Shown in pieces: positions 33,916 to 42,626 of a stretch of 64,000 bases of DNA. Under the pieces are notes generated by a model. That model searched no databases and was not told where the DNA came from. It saw only the letters and a list, made by a program, of their open reading frames with translations. Every line of letters starts with the position of its first letter. The stretch's first letter is position 1. The stretch spans positions 1,124-65,123 of the forward strand of contig JACQMB010000145.1 in NCBI GenBank assembly GCA_016203765.1. The letters are read 5' to 3'. A program made the translations under genes and the position numbers. This DNA comes from Deltaproteobacteria bacterium. GTDB taxonomy: Bacteria > UBA10199 > SPLOWO2-01-44-7.

Positions 33916-34742
33916 AACACTATTCGGGAGGTCCCTGGTTCCGGCATTTGGAGGTGGATGTCTCCGGCGTCTGCAACCGGAGCTGTATTTTTTGTCCCCG
34001 GTACGATTCCAAAAACTATCCGAACGTAAAGGAATTTTTTCCGCTCGATCTTTGGGAAAAGGTCTCCGGGGAATTGGGAGGGTACGGCTACAACCACCGG
34101 ATCGCGTTTTCCGGAACGGGAGAGCCCCTGTTTCACAAACAGATCGAACGACTCATTGCCGTGGCCCGGGCCGAGATGCCTTCGGTTCAGCTTGATTTGA
34201 TCACCAACGGGGATATTCTGAAGGCCAAAAAAATGCGGTCGCTGATCGACGCGGGGTTGAGCCGGATTTTGATTTCTCTTTATGACGGGCCTTTTCAACA
34301 TGAAAAATTCGACGCCATGGCGGCCGGCGTCGGCCTGACGAGGGAGCAAGTCGTCTGCCGCGTCCGCTATCTGGCTAAAGAAGAAAATTTCGGTTTGGAA
34401 CTTTCCAACCGGGGGGGGATCGCCGACAACAAAGAGGCGGGGATGGACAAGCCCCCGGAGCCCCGCCGCCGGACCTGTTATTATCCTTTTTATTTTTCCT
34501 CGGTCGATTTCCGGGGGAATGTTCTGTTGTGTCCCCATGACTGGCCGAAACACCTGATCATCGGCAATTTGCGTCAACAGACCTTCGCCGGAATTTGGAA
34601 CTCGGAGACGATGAAAAAAGTGCGGCAAAAAATGTTCGCGGTCGACATCGATTTTCTCCCCTGTTCCACCTGCACGGTGAACGGACAGATCGACGGGAAG
34701 CAATATTTTGAGCAGTGGGCCCAACACTATGCCGGAAGGTAG
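33912..34742 (+). CDS. Radical SAM protein with C-terminal auxiliary Cys motif
   Basis: The ATG at 33912 overlaps the upstream stop (ATGA). Motifs are VSGVCNRSCIFCP (CxxxCxxC), FSGTGEPL and the C-terminal CYYPF...LLCPHDW...CSTC. Confidence 0.85.
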   Translation: MKHYSGGPWFRHLEVDVSGVCNRSCIFCPRYDSKNYPNVKEFFPLDLWEKVSGELGGYGYNHRIAFSGTGEPLFHKQIERLIAVARAEMPSVQLDLITNGDILKAKKMRSLIDAGLSRILISLYDGPFQHEKFDAMAAGVGLTREQVVCRVRYLAKEENFGLELSNRGGIADNKEAGMDKPPEPRRRTCYYPFYFSSVDFRGNVLLCPHDWPKHLIIGNLRQQTFAGIWNSETMKKVRQKMFAVDIDFLPCSTCTVNGQIDGKQYFEQWAQHYAGR

Positions 34743-35991
34743 AACCCAGCCCTATTTCCTCGGCCATTCCCTTTTTTTGGTCTCGATCACCGCCTATCTC
34801 TTCCTCCAATCCTGGAAGCCGGATATCGAGCGGGCCGTTTTCTGGGGGGAGATGTTCAGTCTCCTCCTCTTTTTTTACAGCCTTCGTTTCAACTGTCAAC
34901 ATCCCCTCCAAAAGAAAATCGTCCTGGGGGTTTCTATTTGGATTTTTTTGTTTCCCCTTTATGCCGCGGCCATTTCCTATTTTTTATATTTGGATGATCT
35001 GGAATTTTCCTATTTTTTGCGTCATCTCGCCTTTTTTTATTACGCCCTCTTTTTTTTCGCCGGTTATAAATTGGGGCCCGAAATGATTCAAAGACTTTCC
35101 CGTTATTGGATACCCATTCTGGCGGGGGTGATTTTGACCACCTGTTTTGTTGGGGGCGGCCTGGGGTCCGCCATGGCGTTGGGGTTTGTCTGGCTGGTTT
35201 GCCAGAAGGGGAGGCCGGATAAGCGGGTGTTTTATCTCTATTGGGCCGGCATGAGTTTTTTATTTTTGATGGTTTCCCACCACGGAACCAGCAAGGCCCT
35301 GCTGATCCTGCTGGTCTGCTCCGCCCCCGTTATTTATTTGTTGAAACTCTGGAACAAAACGAACGTGGCCATGTTGAACAAGGCATCGCTACGCTTTTTT
35401 TTGCTGATCGTGACCGTTTTGCTGGTGGTCGGCGCCAATCATTTGATCGATATGATGTATGCCGTGGCGGCGGCCGGGGGGAGCTTTCACGCCTTTTTTG
35501 AGGATTTTGGGTTCACCGACATGAACGGGGTCTGGAGAATCATGCTCTGGACCTATCTGTTTGACCGTTTTCTCGATCATCCCCTGGGGATCGGGCTGGG
35601 GACCCCCCTGATCGGGCGGGAATTGGCGAATTTTATGTATCTGGTCCAAAAACCGGGGGATGAATTCACCAGCGGCGCCCACAATTCCTTTCTCACCTTT
35701 TTGGTGCGGTTGGGCGTTCCGTTTTTGATTTATTTCCTTTGCATGTCCTCTTTTGCGGGGCAGTTGATACTGCGATTTCTTCGCCGGACCGGCTACCGTG
35801 TTTTGGATACGGTGGAAAAACGGTTTGTCTTTTCCACCCTGTTGACCTTTTTGATCGCTGTGATTCAGGCCTGCTTCAATGTCGTGCTGGAGTCCCCTCT
35901 GACCGCCGGCCTTTTCTGGTTTTATTTCGGCCTGTTTGTGCGCGTGACCGGTGATTTTCTGGCCGCCCCCCGGGAAAATGCTTCTTGTTAA
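34729..35991 (+). CDS. O-antigen ligase/polymerase (Wzy_C-type) polytopic membrane protein
   Basis: It has many hydrophobic helices and the Wzy_C-like loop SGAHNSFLTFLVRLGVPFLIYFL. The start could be ATG 34729 or TTG 34708. Confidence 0.7.
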   Translation: MPEGRTQPYFLGHSLFLVSITAYLFLQSWKPDIERAVFWGEMFSLLLFFYSLRFNCQHPLQKKIVLGVSIWIFLFPLYAAAISYFLYLDDLEFSYFLRHLAFFYYALFFFAGYKLGPEMIQRLSRYWIPILAGVILTTCFVGGGLGSAMALGFVWLVCQKGRPDKRVFYLYWAGMSFLFLMVSHHGTSKALLILLVCSAPVIYLLKLWNKTNVAMLNKASLRFFLLIVTVLLVVGANHLIDMMYAVAAAGGSFHAFFEDFGFTDMNGVWRIMLWTYLFDRFLDHPLGIGLGTPLIGRELANFMYLVQKPGDEFTSGAHNSFLTFLVRLGVPFLIYFLCMSSFAGQLILRFLRRTGYRVLDTVEKRFVFSTLLTFLIAVIQACFNVVLESPLTAGLFWFYFGLFVRVTGDFLAAPRENASC

Positions 35992-37942
35992 AAAACCGCT
36001 GGTCGTCTTTTTGCCGGTCACCCTTTGGCTGATCCTCGAGTATTTTATTTTGGGGCCTTATTCCTACGTTCGGATATTCGACGTCGGCAATATCCATATT
36101 CCGCAAAATATCGTTGCCGCCGCCGATTTTTGGCGGTGGGGGGCGACCTATTGGTATCCGTACTCCCTGGGCGGCATCGATTTGATGGCGGAAGGGTACC
36201 GGGCCCTCAACCTCAATTACATGAACGTTTTTTATTATTTTTTGCCGGCCTGGATGGCTTACCCCGCATTCTTGCTGGGGGTGGTTTGGACCGGGGGCTA
36301 TTTTACCTATCGGTTGGCAAGGGAACACCTGGGACTTTCCGAGGCCGGCGGTTATTTTGCCGGCGTCTCCCTGGCCTGTGTCCTCGGCGTTTGGGCCCTT
36401 TGTTTCGTGGCCTTGCTCCCTTTGGTCCTCTTTGCTTTCGATAAGATCCATGAAAAGAGCAGACGTTCCCTCTGGCACGGTTTGTGGGTTTTTCCCCTGG
36501 CGCTCCTCTTCGCCTCCGGCTCCCAGTTTGTTTTTGACCACATGGCGTTGTTGATCATTCCGGCCTGGTTTATCCTGGTGCTCCGGAAGTGGGATAGGCG
36601 ATTTTGGCTTTTATACGGATTATTTGTCGTCACCGCCCTTCTTTATTATTTTCCCACCCTCTGGGCCCAATTTGCCAACGGGCCCTATTCCCACCGCGCC
36701 GATGATCCCATGACCCTTGGGTATCATCTGGGCGTGGTCACCGGCATGCTATTAATGATTCACGATCAGACCCCGGCCCATATGGCGCTGCCTCTCCTGT
36801 GGACGCTGGGGATAGTCGCGGCCCTCTGGAAATTTCGTTTTCACAATGGGAAATTCAATGGGGTGCTGGCGTTGTTTTGTTTGCTGGCGGGAGCGGCCTA
36901 TTTGTTGAATATTTTCGCTTTTCTTGTTCAGGATAAAATCGCCTTTTTTCGCGGAATCCACTTTCATTATACCCTGCTTCCCCTGCCCGTTTTTTACGCC
37001 CTGGCCGGCGCGTTTGCGGTGGAGGCACTGCGGGCCCCGCCGCGCCCCCTCCTCGTCCGGTTCCTTTTTGTCCTGTTATTTGTCTTTAGCTTGTACCCGA
37101 AGGCGTTGAATTTGAATCGATGGCTTCACGGCGACCATTATGCTCATTTATACGGGAATCCGGTCTTGCAACGATTGGCCGGTCAAATGACCAAAGACAA
37201 TTTGTTTCGGGTGGGGGGGACGCATTGGATCACCCCCCCCATCCTAAGCGCCTACGGCCTGGAAACAGTGGGGGGATATGTCCACCTCTATCCGAAGCGC
37301 TACAAACTCTTTTTTTCCGCCCTGCTGGGGAGGGGTGAGGGTGATTGGGTCGGAAGCCGCGCCCATTTGTGGGGCGATCGATTGAATGGGAGCCTTCTCT
37401 CCCTGGCCAACACGAAATTTATCGTTTCGGAAAGGGAAACGCCGAAACCGGAGGGATTTTCGGCCAAGCTCCAATGGGCCTTAAACCGCGTGGTCCATAA
37501 TTTCGAGCCGCACGATCGTTATGCTATTGTCGAAAACCGGGACGTTTTGCCGCGCTTTTTCGTGGCGAGGAGTCCGAAATATTTCGACGCGCCGGAAGAT
37601 TTGTTCCATGCCTTAAAAAACGCGACCGACGCCTCCCTGTTCAAAGAGGCCGTTTTTTTGGAAAGGGAATTTCAGGCGGATGTCCCTTTTCATCAGGGGA
37701 ACTTTCAATTTGCCAATATTCAAGTTGAAGAGTATAGCCCGGACCGGATTCGCTTGACGGTGGAGGTCGACGGAGAGGGTGTTTTGATCGTCTCCAATTC
37801 CTACAGCCCTTTTTGGCGCGTTTTTCTGGATGGGGTGGAGCGTAAAATTCTCCCGGCCTACCTTGCCTTTTGGGGGGTGCCGTTGACAAAAGGCAATCAT
37901 GAAATCCGTTTTAGCTACGAGCCCCCCTATAGATTTTTTTAA
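35978..37942 (+). CDS. YfhO-like large polytopic membrane protein (putative glycosyl/glycan transferase)
   Basis: About 12 predicted helices are followed by a soluble C-terminal domain ending IVSNSYSPFWRVFLDGVERKILPAYLAFWGVPLTKGNHEIRFSYEPP. That ending matches my recollection of the YfhO family. The start could be ATG 35978 or GTG 35951. Confidence 0.6.
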   Translation: MLLVKKPLVVFLPVTLWLILEYFILGPYSYVRIFDVGNIHIPQNIVAAADFWRWGATYWYPYSLGGIDLMAEGYRALNLNYMNVFYYFLPAWMAYPAFLLGVVWTGGYFTYRLAREHLGLSEAGGYFAGVSLACVLGVWALCFVALLPLVLFAFDKIHEKSRRSLWHGLWVFPLALLFASGSQFVFDHMALLIIPAWFILVLRKWDRRFWLLYGLFVVTALLYYFPTLWAQFANGPYSHRADDPMTLGYHLGVVTGMLLMIHDQTPAHMALPLLWTLGIVAALWKFRFHNGKFNGVLALFCLLAGAAYLLNIFAFLVQDKIAFFRGIHFHYTLLPLPVFYALAGAFAVEALRAPPRPLLVRFLFVLLFVFSLYPKALNLNRWLHGDHYAHLYGNPVLQRLAGQMTKDNLFRVGGTHWITPPILSAYGLETVGGYVHLYPKRYKLFFSALLGRGEGDWVGSRAHLWGDRLNGSLLSLANTKFIVSERETPKPEGFSAKLQWALNRVVHNFEPHDRYAIVENRDVLPRFFVARSPKYFDAPEDLFHALKNATDASLFKEAVFLEREFQADVPFHQGNFQFANIQVEEYSPDRIRLTVEVDGEGVLIVSNSYSPFWRVFLDGVERKILPAYLAFWGVPLTKGNHEIRFSYEPPYRFF

Positions 37943-37948
37943 AAAATC

Positions 37949-39769
37949 ATGAATATCCTTGGCATTTCCGCTTTTTACCACGACAGCGCCGCTTGCCTGG
38001 TGCGCGATGGGGAGATTGTCTGCGCCGCGCAGGAGGAGCGCTTTACCCGTAAAAAACACGACGCCGCTTTTCCCAAAAACGCCGCGGCTTGGTGCCTGCG
38101 GGACGCCGGCGCGAAAATTCAGGACATCGATATTATCGCCTTTTATGACAAGCCCTGGCTCAAGTTTGAGCGGATTTTGCAGACCTATTTGACTTTTGCC
38201 CCGCGGGGGATCACCTCGTTCATGAAGGCCATTCCCCTTTGGCTCAAGGAAAAACTCTGGATGAAAGAGGCCATCCGGAAAGAACTGGAAGGGTTTGAGG
38301 GAAAGATTCTTTTCCCGGAACATCACGAGTCACATGCCGCCAGCGCTTTTTATCCTTCGCCTTACCCGGAGGCGGCCTTTTTGACCATCGACGGGGTGGG
38401 GGAGTGGGCCACGGCCAGTTACGGGGTGGGGCGGGGAAATCAAATTAAAATTTTGGAAGAGATCCATTTTCCCCATTCGCTGGGGTTGTTGTATACCGCC
38501 TTTACCTATTATCTGGGTTTCAAGGTCAATTCGGGGGAATACAAGGTCATGGGCCTGGCCCCTTACGGGGAGCCCCGCTATAAAGATTTGATTTTTAAGG
38601 AGCTGGTCGATTTAAAGGAAGACGGCTCGTTTCAACTCCATCTCAAATATTTTGATTATTGCGTCGGCCTCAAGATGATCAATAAAAAATTCGGGCAATT
38701 GTTCGGCCTGCCCGCGCGCCGGCCGGAGACAAAATTGACCCAACAACACATGGACATCGCCCGCTCCGTTCAGGAGGTGACGGAGGAGATCGTCTTGAAG
38801 ATGGGAAGGCATATCCACCGAAAAACGGGGTTGAAAAAATTGTGCATGGCGGGCGGGGTGGCCCTCAACTGCGTGGCCAACGGGCGGCTGTTGCGCGAAG
38901 GTCCCTTTGAGGATATTTGGATCCAGCCGGCGGCCGGCGACGCCGGCGGGGCATTGGGTGCGGCGTTGCTGGCTTGGCATCAATACCTTCAACGGGAACG
39001 GACGGCGGATGAAAAAAACGACGCCCAGCGGGGGTCCCTGCTGGGTCCGGCGTTTACCCGGGAGCAGATTCGGGATTATTTGGAAGCAAATCAAATTCCC
39101 TTTCGGGAATTATCGGAGGAAGAACTTCCGCAAAAAGTTTCCGGCCTGATCGCAGAGGAAAAAGTCATCGGCTGGTTTCAGGGCCGGATGGAGTTCGGGC
39201 CGCGCGCCCTGGGGGCCCGGTCGATCCTGGGCGATTCGCGCAGTTCCAAGATGCAATCGGTGATGAATCTCAAGATCAAATTTCGGGAGAGTTTCAGACC
39301 TTTTGCCCCTTCGGTCTTGAGGGAAAAGGTCAATGATTACTTTGAGATGGACAAGGAGAGTCCCTATATGCTCCTGGTGGCCCCGGTCCGGGAGGCGATC
39401 CGCCGGCCGATGACCCCGGAACAGTCAAAGCTCTTCGGCATCGAAAAACTCAACGTGGTTCGCTCTACGATTCCGGCGGTCACCCATGTGGATTATTCGG
39501 CAAGGGTGCAAACGGTGGACGGCAATTCTCATCCCCTTTATTATCAACTGCTGAAAGTTTTTGAAGAGCGGCAGGACTGCGGCGTCATTGTAAACACCTC
39601 TTTTAACGTTCGTGGCGAACCTCTGGTTTGCCGGCCGGAAGAGGCCTATCTCTGTTTTATGCGGACCGAGATGGATTATCTGGTTTTGGGAAATTTTTTG
39701 CTCGACAAGAGAGAGCAAAAACCGTTGCCCAAGGATGAAAGTTGGATGCGTGAGTTTGAATTGGATTAA
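37949..39769 (+). CDS. Carbamoyltransferase (NodU/CmcH family)
   Basis: Motifs are MNILGISAFYHDSAACLVRDGEIVCAAQEERFTRKKHD, GVALNCVANG and NTSFNVRGEPLVC. Confidence 0.9.
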   Translation: MNILGISAFYHDSAACLVRDGEIVCAAQEERFTRKKHDAAFPKNAAAWCLRDAGAKIQDIDIIAFYDKPWLKFERILQTYLTFAPRGITSFMKAIPLWLKEKLWMKEAIRKELEGFEGKILFPEHHESHAASAFYPSPYPEAAFLTIDGVGEWATASYGVGRGNQIKILEEIHFPHSLGLLYTAFTYYLGFKVNSGEYKVMGLAPYGEPRYKDLIFKELVDLKEDGSFQLHLKYFDYCVGLKMINKKFGQLFGLPARRPETKLTQQHMDIARSVQEVTEEIVLKMGRHIHRKTGLKKLCMAGGVALNCVANGRLLREGPFEDIWIQPAAGDAGGALGAALLAWHQYLQRERTADEKNDAQRGSLLGPAFTREQIRDYLEANQIPFRELSEEELPQKVSGLIAEEKVIGWFQGRMEFGPRALGARSILGDSRSSKMQSVMNLKIKFRESFRPFAPSVLREKVNDYFEMDKESPYMLLVAPVREAIRRPMTPEQSKLFGIEKLNVVRSTIPAVTHVDYSARVQTVDGNSHPLYYQLLKVFEERQDCGVIVNTSFNVRGEPLVCRPEEAYLCFMRTEMDYLVLGNFLLDKREQKPLPKDESWMREFELD

Positions 39770-39772
39770 ATC

Positions 39773-40153
39773 ATGCTGAACGAGTTCAGGGCCATCAAAA
39801 CCGAAAAGAAGCAGTTGAGGCAATTTGCTGTTTTGGCCGTTATTGTTTTCGCGGGATTGGCTTTTCGCAATACCGGGTTTGCGGTTCCGGCCTTTCTTGC
39901 CGGATTGTTGGGATGGCTGTGGCCCGCTTTTTTCAAGCCTTTTTATCTGGTTTGGATGGGGATTGCCGTTGTTTTGGGGAATATTGTTTCGCGCATTGTT
40001 TTATTTATCACTTTCTATGGCGTTGTTACGCCGATGGGTTTGCTGATGCGCCTTTTTGGAAAGGGCTTTATTCAACCCAAAGGGACTATCACTTATTGGA
40101 TTTCGAGAGATGATTTTTCATCTAAACCGGAAAAATATGAACGCCAATTTTAG
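39773..40153 (+). CDS. SxtJ-like small membrane protein
   Basis: This 126-aa protein has three hydrophobic helices. The segment SRIVLFITFYGVVTPMGLLMRLFGKGF...YW, and its position right after a carbamoyltransferase, match the SxtJ family as I recall it. Confidence 0.65.
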   Translation: MLNEFRAIKTEKKQLRQFAVLAVIVFAGLAFRNTGFAVPAFLAGLLGWLWPAFFKPFYLVWMGIAVVLGNIVSRIVLFITFYGVVTPMGLLMRLFGKGFIQPKGTITYWISRDDFSSKPEKYERQF

Positions 40154-40168
40154 GCAGAGGAGGTTAAT

Positions 40169-40330
40169 ATGTTTGCAAAATTAAGTATCTTGGGTGAGTT
40201 TATTCAGTTCCTTAAAATTCGGAAAAAATGGTGGTTGTTGCCGATCCTGATCTTTCTTTTTCTCCTCAGCGGCCTGCTGGTCTTGAGCCAGGGGTCCGTG
40301 GTGGCCCCGTTCATCTACACCCTCTTTTAA
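40169..40330 (+). CDS. DUF5989 (SxtK-like) small membrane protein, 53 aa
   Basis: It is absent from the ORF track because it is under 60 aa. The RBS GGCAGAGGAGG lies 6-8 nt upstream of the ATG at 40169. My hand translation is MFAKLSILGEFIQFLKIRKKWWLLPILIFLFLLSGLLVLSQGSVVAPFIYTLF. The RKKWWLLPI...APFIYTLF pattern matches the conserved family found after carbamoyltransferase/SxtJ genes. Confidence 0.7.
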   Translation: MFAKLSILGEFIQFLKIRKKWWLLPILIFLFLLSGLLVLSQGSVVAPFIYTLF

Positions 40331-40331
40331 T

Positions 40332-41402
40332 ATGAAACCTTTGCTTGTATTCGGGACCCGGCCCGAGGCGATCAAGCTGGCGCCGGTCTTCTTTACCTTC
40401 CAAAAAAAAGGGATTCAACCCCTGGTGTGCGTCACCTCCCAGCATCAGGAATTGCTGCGGCAGATGCTGGATCTCTTTGCCATTCGCCCCGATTACGATT
40501 TTGAATTGATGGAGGAAAATCAGGACCTGCTCGGTCTTGCCTCCAGGGCGTTGAGCCGCTTTCAATCTCTCTTCGATGACGTGCGGCCCGATTGCGTCGT
40601 CGTGCAGGGGGATACCACCACCGCCTTCATCGCCTCCCTGGCCGCCGCCTATCGCAAAATTCCGGTGGCCCACGTGGAGGCGGGCCTCCGTTCCTTTAAC
40701 CATCACAATCCGTTTCCCGAGGAGATCAATCGGACCCTGGTTGATCAGGTGGCCCGGTGGTGCTTTGCCCCCACGGAGCGCTCCAAAGAAAATCTTCTGC
40801 GGGAAGGGATCGCGCCGGAAAAAATCCATGTAACGGGCAATACCGTTGTGGACGCCTTGGAAATGATACGCGGCAAAATTGGGCCGGCACCCGGCAGGGG
40901 GAAATCGCTTATTTTAGTCACGACCCATCGCCGGGAAAGTTTCGGCAAAGATTTGCAATCGATTTGCCGGGCTTTATTGGTATTGGCCGAACGGCTTCCC
41001 GAAACGCGGTTTGTTTTGCCGGTCCATCCCAATCCCAATGTGCGTGAACCCGTCTATCGCCTGTTGTCGTCGTGTGAGCAAATCGATTTGACGGCCCCCA
41101 TGGATTACGAATCCTTTTTGCGTCTGTTGATGCGAGCCGATCTGGTCCTGACCGATTCGGGGGGCGTTCAGGAGGAGGCCCCCTCTTTTGGCGTGCCCGT
41201 GGTGGTAATGCGCAAGACCACGGAACGGCCGGAGTTGGTTGAATCGGGTTTTGGAGAACTGGTCGGAACCGAGACCGACGCCATTGTGGCCGCCGCGCAC
41301 CGCCTTTTGAAAAACCGGCCCCGTCTGGCCGGCCTGCCGAATCCTTTTGGGGATGGACAAGCCGCCCCCCGCATTGTAGAAATTCTTCTCGCGAATCGAT
41401 GA
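40332..41402 (+). CDS. wecB: UDP-N-acetylglucosamine 2-epimerase
   Basis: Motifs are LLVFGTRPEAIKLAPV, VVQGDTTTAF, HVEAGLRSF and TDSGGVQEEAPSFGVPVVVMR. I infer the non-hydrolysing type from the adjacent wecC-like gene. Confidence 0.85.
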   Translation: MKPLLVFGTRPEAIKLAPVFFTFQKKGIQPLVCVTSQHQELLRQMLDLFAIRPDYDFELMEENQDLLGLASRALSRFQSLFDDVRPDCVVVQGDTTTAFIASLAAAYRKIPVAHVEAGLRSFNHHNPFPEEINRTLVDQVARWCFAPTERSKENLLREGIAPEKIHVTGNTVVDALEMIRGKIGPAPGRGKSLILVTTHRRESFGKDLQSICRALLVLAERLPETRFVLPVHPNPNVREPVYRLLSSCEQIDLTAPMDYESFLRLLMRADLVLTDSGGVQEEAPSFGVPVVVMRKTTERPELVESGFGELVGTETDAIVAAAHRLLKNRPRLAGLPNPFGDGQAAPRIVEILLANR

Positions 41403-42619
41403 CGAGAAAAACAAACATTTGTGTTTTGGGCCTGGGATACATCGGCCTTCCCACCGCCTGCCTCTTTGCCCAGGCCGGCTTTCAAGTTTTGGGGGTTGAT
41501 ATCAATCCGGAGGTCGTTGAGGGGGTCAATGCCGGCGATTCCCATCTTGATTTGGAGCCGGATCTTAGCGAGGCCTTGGCGGGCGTGGTTCGGGAAGGAA
41601 GGCTTCAGGCCGCCTGCAAGCCCGTCCCGGCCGATTTATTTCTCATCTGCGTTCCAACTCCCTTTAAAGAGGAGCATCAGGCCGATCTGACCTATATTGA
41701 AGCCGCCTTGGATTCGATCTTGCCTTTCATCCGGCCCGGCAACACGATCGTTTTGGAAAGCACCTCTCCTCCGGGGACCACGGAAAAAGTCGTGGCCGGG
41801 GCTTTGAAAACAAAAGGTTTTACCGCGGGCAAGGATTGTTTTGTCGCCTACTGTCCGGAACGGGTTTTGCCCGGAAAAATTATGCGGGAGTTGAAGGTCA
41901 ATGCCCGTATCGTGGGGGGAGTAACCCCCGCCTGCGGCAGGCAGGCCAGCCAATTTTATAAAAAAATAGTTGACGCCGAGGTGATGGAGACGACGGCCCG
42001 CACCGCCGAGGTGGTCAAACTGGTGGAAAACAGTTTTCGCGATGTCAATATCGCCTTCGCCAACGAGATTTCAATGTTTTGCGACCGATTGCAGGTTTCT
42101 CACCGGGAAGTGATTCGGCTGGCCAACCATCATCCCCGCGTGAATATTTTGACTCCCGGCCCGGGCGTGGGGGGGCATTGCATCGCGGTCGACCCCTGGT
42201 TTTTGGTGGAGGCCCTGCCGGAACAGACGGCCCTGATCCGGACGGCCCGTAATGTCAATCTATCCAAGACGCGTTACGTCATCAGCACCATTCATCGGAA
42301 TGTGAATGAGCGATTTAAGGCCACGGGCCTTTTTCAAAAAGTTTATCTTTTTGGCATGACCTACAAGGCGGATGTGGCCGATTTTCGGGAGTCTCCGTCC
42401 ATCGATATCTATCATGGCTTGGTCAAGGAGCTGGGCAAGATGGCCCACCTCTATGTCGTGGATCCCTATCTGGATGAAGGCGGCTATGGCCTTTCCGAAA
42501 GATTGCCGGCGGTTCCTTTAGATCAAGTGCCGTCGATGGCGGCGAGTATCCTTTGGGTTCAATTGACAGCCCACCGATCTTTTCAGGGGTTGAATTTTAC
42601 GCTCAATTTCAGTTCTTAA
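41399..42619 (+). CDS. wecC: UDP-N-acetyl-D-mannosamine dehydrogenase (nucleotide-sugar dehydrogenase)
   Basis: It starts with an ATGA overlap. Motifs are ICVLGLGYIGLPTA and GPGVGGHCIAVDPWF (catalytic Cys). Confidence 0.85.
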   Translation: MTRKTNICVLGLGYIGLPTACLFAQAGFQVLGVDINPEVVEGVNAGDSHLDLEPDLSEALAGVVREGRLQAACKPVPADLFLICVPTPFKEEHQADLTYIEAALDSILPFIRPGNTIVLESTSPPGTTEKVVAGALKTKGFTAGKDCFVAYCPERVLPGKIMRELKVNARIVGGVTPACGRQASQFYKKIVDAEVMETTARTAEVVKLVENSFRDVNIAFANEISMFCDRLQVSHREVIRLANHHPRVNILTPGPGVGGHCIAVDPWFLVEALPEQTALIRTARNVNLSKTRYVISTIHRNVNERFKATGLFQKVYLFGMTYKADVADFRESPSIDIYHGLVKELGKMAHLYVVDPYLDEGGYGLSERLPAVPLDQVPSMAASILWVQLTAHRSFQGLNFTLNFSS

Positions 42620-42626
42620 TCCTCTC

